Positions 18,658 to 28,583 of a stretch of 64,000 nucleotides of DNA are shown here, piece by piece; within the stretch, counting starts at the first letter, position 1; every line of letters starts with the position of its first letter. The notes under the pieces were generated by a model. That model searched no databases, was not told where the DNA came from, and was given only the letters and a program-made list of their open reading frames with translations. Origin of the DNA: Planctomycetota bacterium (GTDB lineage Bacteria; Planctomycetota; SZUA-567; H5-PLA8); assembly GCA_038227875.1 (NCBI GenBank), contig JBBRPR010000016.1:64001-128000 (forward strand). Reading direction: 5' to 3'. A program made the position numbers and the translations under genes.

Positions 18658-21600
18658 ATGGCAGTACTTCTTCAGGCTTACTTTGAGGTTCCGATGATCC
18701 AGGAAAATCTCAAGCAACGGCTCGACGCACTCCGTGGCACGCTGCGCAAGGCGTGCGCGCTCGATGGCGCCGGGCGCGTGGTGCTGGCCATTGTCATCGG
18801 TATCGTCTCGGCGATTTTGCTCGACTACTTCTTCTTCTGGCGCGACCGGCCGGTTAACACCGGGTTCCGCGCGGTGATGCTGCTCTCGTTTGTGGCGACC
18901 ATCGCGGCCCTGGCCTACCGCTACATTCTCTCGCCGCTGACGGTGCCGCTCTCGATCGACGACATGGCCCTCTCCGTCGAACGCGAATTTCCGCAGCTCA
19001 ACGACAGCCTGATCTCCACGATTCAGCTCACGCGCATTCTCGCTTCCGACGCCACGATCAGCACGCCGATGGTCGAAGAAGTCGCACGCCAGGCGCACGC
19101 TTCGACCGGCGCGCTGGATTTCGACAAGGTCGTGAAGTTCGATCGCATCAAGCCGCGCCTGTACTGGGCCGGCGGGTCGCTGGCGCTGCTGCTGCTGCTC
19201 TGCGTCACGCCGGTGGGTGGATTCATCATCGTCGGCGTCTGCCGCTTGTTCAATCCGCTCAGCAACATGCATTATCCGGAACTCACGCACATCGCCATAA
19301 AGGGCGAGCAGCACGAGATCGTGGTGCCGCGCAAGGATTCGCTCCACATCATCGCCGAAGCGACCGGCAGCATTCCCAGCAAGGCGTACATCCGCTTCAA
19401 ATACAGCGAGAACGGCGACTTCAACAAGCCCGAACCGATCACCACGATGAAGCCGGTCTTCGATGCGCAGAACCACATCGTCGCCAAGGAATTCGATTAC
19501 GAATACCAGTCGGTCGGCTCCAGCTTCGAGTACATCATCGAAGCCGGCGACAGCGAGACGTCGACCCACATCGTCCGCGTCGTCGACCGCCCTGAACTGA
19601 ACACGATGGCGATTCAGTACGAGCCGCCGAAGTACATCGCCGACCAGCCGCTGCCGTGGAAGCTCGGCGACCGCACGCTGCGCAACGTGGTCGGCACCCG
19701 CGCCACGATCAAGGGCGAAGTCAACAAGCCGTTGGTCTCCGCGACGATCAAGATCGGCGGCGGTGAGCCAACTGAAATGGTGCTCTCCGACGACGGCAAG
19801 ACCTTCCTCCACACGCTGGCGCTCGAGAAGAACACCGACTACGACATTTTCCTCAAGGACAAGGACGGTCTCGACAACCGCCAGTCCAAGATTCACAACC
19901 GCATCGTCGCGGTGCCCGATGCGCCGCCCGAGATCGCCTGGAAACTCCCCAACACGGATCTGGAAGTCGCGCCGACGGCCAACGTCGCGCTGGCGATGGG
20001 GCTCTCCGACGATTGGGGGTTGCAGAAGGCGTTGATCAAGTTCAAGCGTTACAAGATGGTCGCGCCGCCGGCAAACGGGGCCAACGGCCAAGCCGCGCCG
20101 CCGCCGCAGATCGATCCCAACAGCCCCGCGGTGGAAGGCAACTTCGAATTGACCGACGCGGAAGATGGCGTGGCCTTTGGCCGCAACGTCCTGCGCATGA
20201 ACATGACCAAGGACTGGGCGCTGACCGAACTGGGTTTGGAACCCGGTGACGTGGTCGAATACTGGGCGGAAGCCTACGACTGGTGCCCGACGATCCGCAA
20301 GCCGTCGAAGGTCGATCTCTTCCACCTGCGCGTGCTCTCGGCCGATGAAATCAAGCGCCGCCTGGACATCGAACGCCTGCGCCTGATCGACGATCTGAAA
20401 GTCATCATCCGCGATCAGGAAGGCGACAAGAAGCAGGTCGAAGCGATCAAGGATCACCTCGGCTCCGGCAACGCGTTCGAAAATCCCGACCGCGCCAAGG
20501 TGTCCGAAGCCGGCTCGCTGCAAGACGAAGTCCGCCGCAAGACGCAGAATCTGCAGAACGCGTTCTCGAGCCTGATTGCGCGCTACAAGGCCAACGGACT
20601 CGACACGCCCGACGAAACGCAAAAGCTCCAGAACATGGCCAACACGCTCGGTGAAGAGCACATGACCAAGATGCCGGAAGCGGCCAAGGACATCACCGCC
20701 ACCGCGCTGGTCAAGCAGGATGCCGACCGCGTCGCGCACCTCAAGAAGGCCGCCACCAAGCAGGAAGAAATCCTGACCGACCTGCGTGGCCTGCTGGAGC
20801 AGATGCAGAAGTGGGCGGAGACCGAAGAGTTGCTGCGCATGACCCGCGAACTGCTGATCAAGCAGCGCGGCGTGACGCGCCTGACCGGTGAATTCAAAGA
20901 CCGCCTCGGCACCAAGTCCCCGGCCACGGCCACGAAGGAAGAAGCCGGCCAGGTCAAAGCTCTGGAACACGAAGAACGCGACTGCGCCACGGACATGAAG
21001 GCGCTGGAAATCCGCATGCAGCAGGCGATGGCCAAGATGTTCGACCTCGACAAATGGGTCCACAAGAACATCAGCGACGCCTACAAGATCGCGCAGAACA
21101 CCGACGCCACGCCTGACAACCCCGACCTCCCCGTCGGCAGCGACAAGTCCCCGGGCATCGAAGACAAGATGACGCTGGCCCAGACCAAGATCCGCGAAGA
21201 CTTCGCCTTCGGCGTGGCGATGGGTTCCCAGCGCGGCGCGGAATTGGGACTCGAACGCATCATCACCGTCCTGAGCCGCCGCCGCGAGCCGGACCAGCAG
21301 ATCCTCAAGGAAATCGACGAAGCCAAGCGCAACCTCCAGAAGATCCTGGAGCAGCAGAAGGACCTGCACAAGAAGACCGACAACATCATGAACAAGCAGG
21401 ACCTGCAGCAGAGCATCCAGCAGGCGCAGAAGCAGCTCAAGGAAGTGCGCCAGCGCCAGCAGGAGCTGATGAAGCAGACCACCGCGATGCAGCCGGAAAG
21501 CGACCCGCGCGCCGATGCGCTGGCCAACCGCCTGGAAGACGCCAAGAAGAATCTCGACAACCTGATCAAGGAAGAGAACGACATCTTCAAGAAAACCGTC

Positions 21601-24324
21601 GACCAGCTCTCCGACGCGGAGAAGGAAGTCGCCCGCTCCGTTCACGAACTTGATGAACTGGAGAACGAAGAGCGAGCGATGGCCAAGGAAAGCGAAGCGC
21701 TGAAAGACAGCTCCATCGAAGATGCGCTCCGCTCGCAGTATGAGCAGATCAAGAAACTGCGCGGCCAGCAGAACGACCTCCGCGCCAAGACCTCGATGGC
21801 CGACAGTGCGCCCGACAAGGCCAAGGGCGCCGAGGCGCTCAAGCAATTGAAAGAAGCGGAAGCCAAGCTCGAGAAGGACACGCGTGAGATGCTCGCCGCG
21901 ATGCCGGCCGCCGCCGAAAAACTCGCCAAGCAGACGCCATCGTCGCTGGCCGCTCAGGCTGCGGCCCACGCCATTCAGCAGGCGCAGAGCTCCGCGTTGC
22001 ACGCGCCGGATGAAATGAAGAACGCCGCCGACCAGTTGGCCAAGCCCAGCGGCAAGGACGCGATCGAAGCGCAGGCTGAAGCCGAAAAGAAGCTCGGCGC
22101 CGCCGAAGAAGCGCTGCTCAAGGCCATCAACGCGGGCCATAAGCAGTTCGAAGACGCAATGACGACCAACGCCAACCGCCAGGCCGACGCGCGCCAGAAA
22201 CTCGACGACGTCTCCAACCGCCTCGCGGCGCTGGTCCGCAACGCCACGACGCCGGAACTGACGCAAAAAGACCCGAAGCTCGCCGAAGCCGCCAAGGGTG
22301 CATCGAAGGCGATGCCCGAACTGGAAAACAGCGGCAATGCCATGGGCGAAGCGACCGACACGCTGCGCCAGGGCTCCGGCAAGAACGATCACGCCAGCGC
22401 TCAGAAGGGCTCCGGCATGCAGACGACGGCGGCCGACAAGATCGCCGCCGCCCGCGCCGCGCTGCAGGGCGTCTCCGAAGCGCTCGCCAAGGACAAGCAG
22501 GGCGAGCACGGCAAGACTGGCGACGCGCAAGGCAGCGCGCAGACCCAGGCGCAGGGCTTGCAGAGCCAAATCGAGCAGCTCTCGAAGGACATCAATTCGG
22601 CGGCGGGCAAACCGTCGGCGGAAGCGCAATCCGGTGCGGCCGGCAAGGTCGGCGAAGCCTCGAAGAACATGGGCGACGCGCAGGCGAACCTGAAGAAGCC
22701 CGATCCCACCAGCGCCACGCGTAACGAATCGAAGGCCATCGACGCGCTGGAAGAGGCGCGCGACAAGCTCAACGAACTGCGCCGCCAGGTCGAAGAACTC
22801 AAGACCCCCGCGCGCAAGTTGGAACGCCAGCAGAAGCAGTTGAAGGACGAAGCGCGCAAGCTGGCCACCGACATCGACAAGCTCGAAAGCCAGATGCCGC
22901 AGAAGTCAGAGACCGATCCGAAGGCCGCCGACGCCGTCAAGAACGCCTCCAACAACATGCAGAACGCTCAGAACAGCCTCAGCAACAGTGCCAACACCAG
23001 CGAAGCCAAGACCAGCGAAAGCAAGGGTGGCGAGGGTTCGAAGTCCAAGGGCGGTGAAGGCTCGAAGGGTGGTGAAGGTTCCAAAGGTGGCGAAGGCTCC
23101 AAGGGTGGTTCAGGTTCGAAAGGTGGAGAAGGTTCGAAGGGTGGGGAAGGGTCAAAGGGCGGAGAAGGATCAAAAGGCGGCGAAGGTTCCAAGGGCGGCG
23201 ACCAGGGCAAGGGCGATCAGGGCAAGAACGCCGACGACGACAAGAAGGATGCCGCGAAAGAACAGGAACAGGCGTTGAGCGAACTGGACAAGGCGCTCAA
23301 GGCGCTCGACGATCTCGCCGGCCGCGCCGAAAAGGAACCCGATCCGCGCAGCGCCGCGGCGCTCAAGCGCTTGGAAGAGCCGCAGAAGGCCCTGCGCGAT
23401 GAAGTGCTGAAGCTGCAGAAGAAGCTCGATCAGCTCAAGGACAAGACGGGCAACCAGAAGGCCGACAAAGCCTCGTCATCCAGCCAGTCGGCGAGCAAGA
23501 ATCAGTCGGCGGCCTCCGGACAGATGGGCCAGGGCAGCCAGAGCGGTGCGTCGAGCTCCGAAGAAGAAGCCGAGCAGGACCTGCAGGACGCGCTGGATAA
23601 CCTCGACGACTTCCAGAAGCAGATGCAGGACCAGCAGCGCAACGAGACTCTTTTCCAGATCGAACAGGAACTGAAGAAGATGGTCGGCATCCAGAAGGAC
23701 GTGCTGGGCCGCACTCAGGAAGTCGAAAAGCTGCGCCCCAGCCCGACCGATTCGCTGCCGCGCGCGGCGAAGATCAAGGTCAAGCAGGCCTTTAGCGATC
23801 AGCAGAAGCTGGCCGATTCGACCAAGGTCATCGTCAAGAAGCTCGCCGACGCGCCGGTCTTCGAATGGGTGCTCCAGACCTGCACTGAAGACATGAACGA
23901 AGCCGCCGCGCGCCTGGACAAGGAAGACTCCGGCATCTCCACGCAGGACATCCAGGAAGACGTCGTCCGCAAGCTCGGCGAACTGATCGAAGCGCTCCGC
24001 AAAGAACGGACGAAGTCCGGCGGCGGAGGTGGTGGTGGTGGCGGCGGAGGCGGCAAGCAGCCCCTCGTGCCCCCGTTGGCCGAACTGAAGATGCTGCGCA
24101 TCATGCAGCGCGACGTGAACGCCAAGACCAAGAAGATCGACGAAGAAGTCTCGAAGACCAAAGCGAACGATCTGTCGAAAGATCAGAAAGACCGACTTCG
24201 ACGAGCGGCGGTGAAGGAAGAAGAGATCTCGCGCGTCACCAGCAAGATCGCCGACGACCTCGGCGGCGGCGGCGGTCCCGCTCCGCAGCCGGAGAAGGAA
24301 GACGATAAAGAAGATAAACCGTAA
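18658..24324 (+). CDS. Giant membrane-anchored coiled-coil protein (DUF4175-like architecture)
   Basis: N-terminal TM helices, VEREFPQLNDSLIS, Ig-like segments with D.PP.I and DDWGL, long Q/K/E/A helical repeats, C-terminal PLVPPLAELKMLR. Start may be 18694. Confidence 0.85.
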   Translation: MAVLLQAYFEVPMIQENLKQRLDALRGTLRKACALDGAGRVVLAIVIGIVSAILLDYFFFWRDRPVNTGFRAVMLLSFVATIAALAYRYILSPLTVPLSIDDMALSVEREFPQLNDSLISTIQLTRILASDATISTPMVEEVARQAHASTGALDFDKVVKFDRIKPRLYWAGGSLALLLLLCVTPVGGFIIVGVCRLFNPLSNMHYPELTHIAIKGEQHEIVVPRKDSLHIIAEATGSIPSKAYIRFKYSENGDFNKPEPITTMKPVFDAQNHIVAKEFDYEYQSVGSSFEYIIEAGDSETSTHIVRVVDRPELNTMAIQYEPPKYIADQPLPWKLGDRTLRNVVGTRATIKGEVNKPLVSATIKIGGGEPTEMVLSDDGKTFLHTLALEKNTDYDIFLKDKDGLDNRQSKIHNRIVAVPDAPPEIAWKLPNTDLEVAPTANVALAMGLSDDWGLQKALIKFKRYKMVAPPANGANGQAAPPPQIDPNSPAVEGNFELTDAEDGVAFGRNVLRMNMTKDWALTELGLEPGDVVEYWAEAYDWCPTIRKPSKVDLFHLRVLSADEIKRRLDIERLRLIDDLKVIIRDQEGDKKQVEAIKDHLGSGNAFENPDRAKVSEAGSLQDEVRRKTQNLQNAFSSLIARYKANGLDTPDETQKLQNMANTLGEEHMTKMPEAAKDITATALVKQDADRVAHLKKAATKQEEILTDLRGLLEQMQKWAETEELLRMTRELLIKQRGVTRLTGEFKDRLGTKSPATATKEEAGQVKALEHEERDCATDMKALEIRMQQAMAKMFDLDKWVHKNISDAYKIAQNTDATPDNPDLPVGSDKSPGIEDKMTLAQTKIREDFAFGVAMGSQRGAELGLERIITVLSRRREPDQQILKEIDEAKRNLQKILEQQKDLHKKTDNIMNKQDLQQSIQQAQKQLKEVRQRQQELMKQTTAMQPESDPRADALANRLEDAKKNLDNLIKEENDIFKKTVDQLSDAEKEVARSVHELDELENEERAMAKESEALKDSSIEDALRSQYEQIKKLRGQQNDLRAKTSMADSAPDKAKGAEALKQLKEAEAKLEKDTREMLAAMPAAAEKLAKQTPSSLAAQAAAHAIQQAQSSALHAPDEMKNAADQLAKPSGKDAIEAQAEAEKKLGAAEEALLKAINAGHKQFEDAMTTNANRQADARQKLDDVSNRLAALVRNATTPELTQKDPKLAEAAKGASKAMPELENSGNAMGEATDTLRQGSGKNDHASAQKGSGMQTTAADKIAAARAALQGVSEALAKDKQGEHGKTGDAQGSAQTQAQGLQSQIEQLSKDINSAAGKPSAEAQSGAAGKVGEASKNMGDAQANLKKPDPTSATRNESKAIDALEEARDKLNELRRQVEELKTPARKLERQQKQLKDEARKLATDIDKLESQMPQKSETDPKAADAVKNASNNMQNAQNSLSNSANTSEAKTSESKGGEGSKSKGGEGSKGGEGSKGGEGSKGGSGSKGGEGSKGGEGSKGGEGSKGGEGSKGGDQGKGDQGKNADDDKKDAAKEQEQALSELDKALKALDDLAGRAEKEPDPRSAAALKRLEEPQKALRDEVLKLQKKLDQLKDKTGNQKADKASSSSQSASKNQSAASGQMGQGSQSGASSSEEEAEQDLQDALDNLDDFQKQMQDQQRNETLFQIEQELKKMVGIQKDVLGRTQEVEKLRPSPTDSLPRAAKIKVKQAFSDQQKLADSTKVIVKKLADAPVFEWVLQTCTEDMNEAAARLDKEDSGISTQDIQEDVVRKLGELIEALRKERTKSGGGGGGGGGGGGKQPLVPPLAELKMLRIMQRDVNAKTKKIDEEVSKTKANDLSKDQKDRLRRAAVKEEEISRVTSKIADDLGGGGGPAPQPEKEDDKEDKP
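23020..23226 (+). repeat. In-frame 18-nt tandem repeat encoding (SKGGEG)n
   Basis: About nine SKGGxG units followed by GDQGK x2. Confidence 0.9.
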
Positions 24325-24396
24325 GGGATTGGGCGAAGACGGGATTCGGGATTCGGGAATCGGCAACACAACGCGGCCAGTGGTGAGGATGTTCTG

Positions 24397-25623
24397 ATGA
24401 AACGATTGACGTCGGCCTTGATCTGTGTGCTTCTCTGCTGTGCGGCGGCTTCAGTGCGCGCGGCTGACGACAGCAGCGGCGACATGTCGCTGGAACTTTA
24501 CCAGAAGATCAAGGGGCACTTCGACGTGCTTTACGGCGCCAGCTCCACGCTGGTCGCCGTCTCGCCGCCGAATAAAGCCGAGACCGAGAAGGCCCTCCGC
24601 GCCGACTGCGCTGAAAGCAAAGATGCGCTGATCAAGGCGCTGAAGTCCAAGAAATCCCTCCACCGCGAATTGGCCGCCCGGGCGCTGGAATACTGCGGCG
24701 ACAAGAAGGCCGCCGTCGAAGCGCTCAGCGCCGCGCTGAACGGCGACCCCGACGAATCCGTGCGCCGCGCCATCGCCGGAGCGCTGGCGAAGCTCCCCGA
24801 CGCCCGTGCCGTCGATGCCTTGATCAAGGGCTTGAGCGACACCGGCGATTCGATCCGCGGCATCTGCGCCTCGGCTCTGGGAAACATCAAAGACACCCGC
24901 GCCACCGACCCGCTCCTGAAGGTCCTGAAAGACGACGAAAAGCCGATCGTCCGCCTCCAGACGGCCCTGGCGCTTTCGAAGATCAAGGACCCCGCCTCGC
25001 TGGAACCGCTGAAGAAGGCCCTCGATCAGGAAAAAGACGAACGCGTCAAAATGGCCATCGCCGGTGCGCTCCGCGGCGTGATGAAGGACAGCGACAAGGG
25101 CGAAAAGGGCGACAAGGAAAGCGCCGAAGAGAAGGTCCCGACCGCCGGCGAAGCCGCCAACGAACTGGCTCAGCTGTCCAAGGAGATGAAGGAAGTCGAA
25201 GAGAAGCTGCGCGAAGACCGCCACGATCAGGCCGTGCAGGCACAGGGTACCGGTATCGAGAACAAGCTCGTCACGCTTATTGAGAAGATGAATAAGATGG
25301 GCAGCGGCCAGGGCGAAGGCAAGAAGGACGGCCAGGAACAGCGCCAGCAGCAGCAGCAGAGTCAGGGCAACCAGAAGAACAACGGTCCCAAGAACGCGGG
25401 CAGCGGCCTGAAGGACTCCCAGCTGGGCTCCTCCGTGCCCCAGGGCGCGATCAACGCTGCGATGGTTGCCGGCAAACAGGACGCCTGGGCCAAGCTGCCT
25501 CCCGCGCAGCGCGACGAACTGCTCCAGGCCTTCCGCGAAGACATGCCCATGCGCTGGAAGAAGCGCCTGGAAGCCTACTTCACCTCGATCGCCGCCGAAG
25601 AATCCAAGAACGACGGCAAGTAA
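24397..25623 (+). CDS. Secreted HEAT-repeat protein with C-terminal W.KLPP.QR...MP..W..RLEAYF domain
   Basis: Signal peptide; repeated D....VR...A.AL..L/I motifs. Confidence 0.85.
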   Translation: MKRLTSALICVLLCCAAASVRAADDSSGDMSLELYQKIKGHFDVLYGASSTLVAVSPPNKAETEKALRADCAESKDALIKALKSKKSLHRELAARALEYCGDKKAAVEALSAALNGDPDESVRRAIAGALAKLPDARAVDALIKGLSDTGDSIRGICASALGNIKDTRATDPLLKVLKDDEKPIVRLQTALALSKIKDPASLEPLKKALDQEKDERVKMAIAGALRGVMKDSDKGEKGDKESAEEKVPTAGEAANELAQLSKEMKEVEEKLREDRHDQAVQAQGTGIENKLVTLIEKMNKMGSGQGEGKKDGQEQRQQQQQSQGNQKNNGPKNAGSGLKDSQLGSSVPQGAINAAMVAGKQDAWAKLPPAQRDELLQAFREDMPMRWKKRLEAYFTSIAAEESKNDGK

Positions 25624-25640
25624 GCGCGCGCTTACGCGCG

Positions 25641-25835
25641 AGGGGTCAGGGGCCAGGGGTCAGGGGTCAGAGGTGGGCGCGAGCACGGCAAAGTATTTTG
25701 TGCTTCGCGCGGTGGGGACTAAGTAGGCAGAAGGCAGTGGCAGTCAGCAGTACATGGCGCCCAGTGCCGGACGCGCCCCGCCGACGAAAAATTCATCATT
25801 CATCAATCATAATTCATCGTTCGCACTTCACCATT
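25641..25835. repeat. Cluster of three heptamer-repeat types
   Basis: (GGGGTCA)-type at 25641-25672, GGCAG-type at about 25723-25752, ATTCATC/AATTCAT-type at about 25790-25835. Confidence 0.65.
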
Positions 25836-25978
25836 CTGCTCGAAATCCGGTGTACTCAAATAGACACGTCAAAGCCGACTCACAGGTGCCAAAACAATTC
25901 TTCGTATCATGCACAAAAAAGGGGACTTCTGGTACGCCATGTGGTTTGATGAAATACAGCACGTTCCGGAGGTCGCCC

Positions 25979-27280
25979 ATGCGCCAAACTTTCCGAACTT
26001 TCCACCTGGCCGACAGACCTGACTTGATTGGGTTAAATGGGCGTCTCAAACCGCGACGCTCAGACCTTCAGGCCCCGAGTCCTGAAGGTCCACCTCTCCC
26101 CCTTCTGACCTTGTCCTGCTCCCTTCTATTATGTCTGCTCACGTGCGTCGCACCTGCCGCGCAACCCACACCCGACCTGCCCCTTGATGTCTACCAGAAA
26201 CTGAAATCCGACTTCGACGCCCTCTACGGCGCCAACGCTACCTTGGTCTCCAACGCCCGAGCTCAAAGCCGCCAGGACGCTGAACGCGAACTGCGCGAGG
26301 ACGCCGCCGAAAACAAAGAGTTGCTGCTCATCGCCTTGCATTCGTCGGCGGGTCTCAAGCGCGAACTGTCCGTGATGGCGCTGGAATACTGCGGCGACAA
26401 GAAGGCCGTGGTCGACGCGCTGCAGCCGCTGCTTTCCGGTGATCCGGAAACCAGCGTCCGCCGCGCCACCGCGGCTGTCCTCGGCCGGCTCCCCGATGCC
26501 GCTTCTGCCGACACCCTGGTCAAGGCGCTCGACGATGCCGACGACATCGTGCGCGGCTTAAGCTCCGCGGCCCTGGGCAACATCCGCGACAACCGCGCCA
26601 TCCAGCCCCTGCTGCGCGTCTTGAAAGAAGACGCCAAGCCCATTGTGAGACTGCAGTCGGCCATGGCGCTGGCCCGGATCCAGGACGAAAGCGCCGTGAA
26701 GGGCCTGAAGGCCGCGCTGGATTCCGAAACCGATGAACGCGTCAAGACCGCCATCGCCGGAGCGCTCCGCGCCAGCCTCGGCATGGACGACGAAACCTCC
26801 TCGCTGCCGCCCGTCAGCCAGACGGCCAGTGAACTCGCGCAGCTGGCTCACGACATGAAAGAGGTGGAAGGAAAGCTCCGCGACGATCGTTACGACCAGT
26901 CGGTCCAGTCGCAGGGGCAGGGCATTGAAGACAAGCTCTCAACGTTGATCGACAAACTGGACGCACAATGCAACAGCAGTTGCTGTACACAGAAGAAACA
27001 AGCGCAACGCACCGGCAACAAGAACACCGCCAGCAAGAACAAGAATGCCGGCAGTCCGATGACCGACTCGCAGCTCGGCGCGTATGTGCCGCCGGGACCT
27101 CAAGGGAACGCCGTCGCGGCGTTCGTGACCGGCAATCAGGACAAATGGTCGAAGCTTCCGCCGGCGCAGCGCGACGAACTCTTCCAGGCCTTCCGCGAAG
27201 ACATGCCCGAACACTGGAAGCGCCGCCTCGAGGCGTACTTCACGTCCATCGCCGCCGAAGAAGCCGCCCGCGGGAAGTGA
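25979..27280 (+). CDS. HEAT-repeat protein, paralogue of 24397..25623
   Basis: GGAGG RBS before ATG 25979; shares ALEYCGDKKA, KPIVRLQ, DERVK.AIAGALR and KLPPAQRDEL. Confidence 0.82.
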   Translation: MRQTFRTFHLADRPDLIGLNGRLKPRRSDLQAPSPEGPPLPLLTLSCSLLLCLLTCVAPAAQPTPDLPLDVYQKLKSDFDALYGANATLVSNARAQSRQDAERELREDAAENKELLLIALHSSAGLKRELSVMALEYCGDKKAVVDALQPLLSGDPETSVRRATAAVLGRLPDAASADTLVKALDDADDIVRGLSSAALGNIRDNRAIQPLLRVLKEDAKPIVRLQSAMALARIQDESAVKGLKAALDSETDERVKTAIAGALRASLGMDDETSSLPPVSQTASELAQLAHDMKEVEGKLRDDRYDQSVQSQGQGIEDKLSTLIDKLDAQCNSSCCTQKKQAQRTGNKNTASKNKNAGSPMTDSQLGAYVPPGPQGNAVAAFVTGNQDKWSKLPPAQRDELFQAFREDMPEHWKRRLEAYFTSIAAEEAARGK

Positions 27281-27281
27281 A

Positions 27282-27357
27282 GTTGCAGGCGGGACGCCAG
27301 CACCACAAATGTGACGCGTCCGAACAGTATTTGTGGAGCAGGCGTCCCGCCTGCAAC
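27282..27357. repeat. REP doublet (29-bp inverted arms, 2 mismatches)
   Basis: gttgcaggcgggacgccagcaccacaaat ... atttgtggagcaggcgtcccgcctgcaac. Related single units lie near 36948, 40820 and 50119. Confidence 0.8.
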
Positions 27358-27430
27358 CTTTTGTCCTTGCTCGCCACCCTTTTTCATTTTTACATTACAC
27401 ACTTTATCGCCGTGTGGTAATTAACTGTCC

Positions 27431-28357
27431 ATGTCATGGACTCGCAAACATCTGCTCGGCCTCGAAGAACTTTCGAAGGCGGAAATTCTTCAGATCCTCG
27501 ATAAGGCGCAGTCGTACAAAGACGTCTCGTCGGGCAACATCAAAAAGCTCCCCGTGCTCCAGGGGCGCTGCGTCGTCAACCTCTTCTTCGAGAGCTCCAC
27601 GCGAACCAGTAATTCGTTCGCGCTCGCGGCCAAACGCCTCTCGGCCGACACGATGAGCTTCTCGAGCTCCGGCAGCTCCGTCTCGAAAGGCGAGACGCTG
27701 ATCGATACGGCGCTGAACATCCAGGCGATGGGCATCGACGCGTTCGTCATCCGCCACTCCGCGCCCGGCGCACCGCACCTGCTGGCGCGCCACGTCAAGG
27801 TTCCGGTCGTCAATGCCGGCGACGGCTGCCACGAACACCCGACGCAAGGCCTGCTCGATCTCTTCACGATCCGCGAAGTCTTCAACAAGTTCGAAGGCCT
27901 GACCGTCTCGATCCTCGGCGACATTCGCCACTCGCGCGTCGCCCGCTCCAACGCGTGGGGTTTGAAGAAACTCGGCTGCCGCGTGATCCTCGCCGGCCCC
28001 CCGACGCTCATCCCGCAGGCCATCGGCGACGCGCTGGGCGTGGAAGTCAGTCACGACATCAATTCCGTGATCGAACAGTCCGACGTGCTCAACTGCCTGC
28101 GCATCCAGTTCGAACGCAAAGCTGCGACGTTCTTCCCGAGCACCCGCGAATACGCCGCGATCTACGGACTCAACGAAGAACGAATGAAGCGCTGCAAACC
28201 CAACGCGATCATCATGCACCCCGGCCCGATCAACCGCGGTATCGAACTGACGCCGGAACTCGCCGACGGCCCGCGCAGCGTGATCCTCGATCAGGTCGAG
28301 AACGGATTGGCGGTGCGGATGGCGGTGTTGGATCTGTGTATGACGGCGGCCTCATGA
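27431..28357 (+). CDS. pyrB: Aspartate carbamoyltransferase catalytic subunit
   Basis: FFESSTRT, NAGDG.HEHPTQ, GDI.HSRVARS and HPGP.NRG. Confidence 0.96.
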   Translation: MSWTRKHLLGLEELSKAEILQILDKAQSYKDVSSGNIKKLPVLQGRCVVNLFFESSTRTSNSFALAAKRLSADTMSFSSSGSSVSKGETLIDTALNIQAMGIDAFVIRHSAPGAPHLLARHVKVPVVNAGDGCHEHPTQGLLDLFTIREVFNKFEGLTVSILGDIRHSRVARSNAWGLKKLGCRVILAGPPTLIPQAIGDALGVEVSHDINSVIEQSDVLNCLRIQFERKAATFFPSTREYAAIYGLNEERMKRCKPNAIIMHPGPINRGIELTPELADGPRSVILDQVENGLAVRMAVLDLCMTAAS

Positions 28358-28570
28358 ACCCGGAGGGTTCACAGCCATTAGCCGGTGGTTGAGCGCAGCG
28401 ATACCACCGGACAGATGCCCTTAACCGACTCAGCACCCCGGAGGGGTGCCAGCGGCGTCGAGGGCCGTAGTGCTAGCACCCCTGCCGGGGTGCTGATCGA
28501 CTGACACGACGTACCCGGTGGTGTCGCTTCGCTCAACCACCGGCTAATAGCTATGAACCCTCCGGGTTCA
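28355..28570. repeat. 216-bp palindromic REPIN/MITE-like element
   Basis: 56-bp outer inverted arms (about 4 mismatches) plus an inner ~24-bp inverted pair, built from CCCGGAGGG mini-hairpins. Confidence 0.82.
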
Positions 28571-28583
28571 CTGGAGAAAACGA

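Noticed and set aside
18655..22629. 1324-aa antisense ORF, and similar long shadow ORFs opposite the ligase, kinase, pyrC and argG
   Set aside because: These mirror real genes with strong G/C third-position bias, which suppresses stop codons on the opposite strand. They contain no motifs.
23020..23226. Possible CRISPR array
   Set aside because: Contiguous in-frame coding repeat with no spacers and no cas genes.
25754..25978. Upstream extension of the second HEAT protein
   Set aside because: It reads through repeat DNA, and a GGAGG RBS supports ATG 25979.
27360..27430. PyrR-type attenuator before pyrB
   Set aside because: No PyrR-binding loop consensus; the nearby hairpin is a REP doublet.
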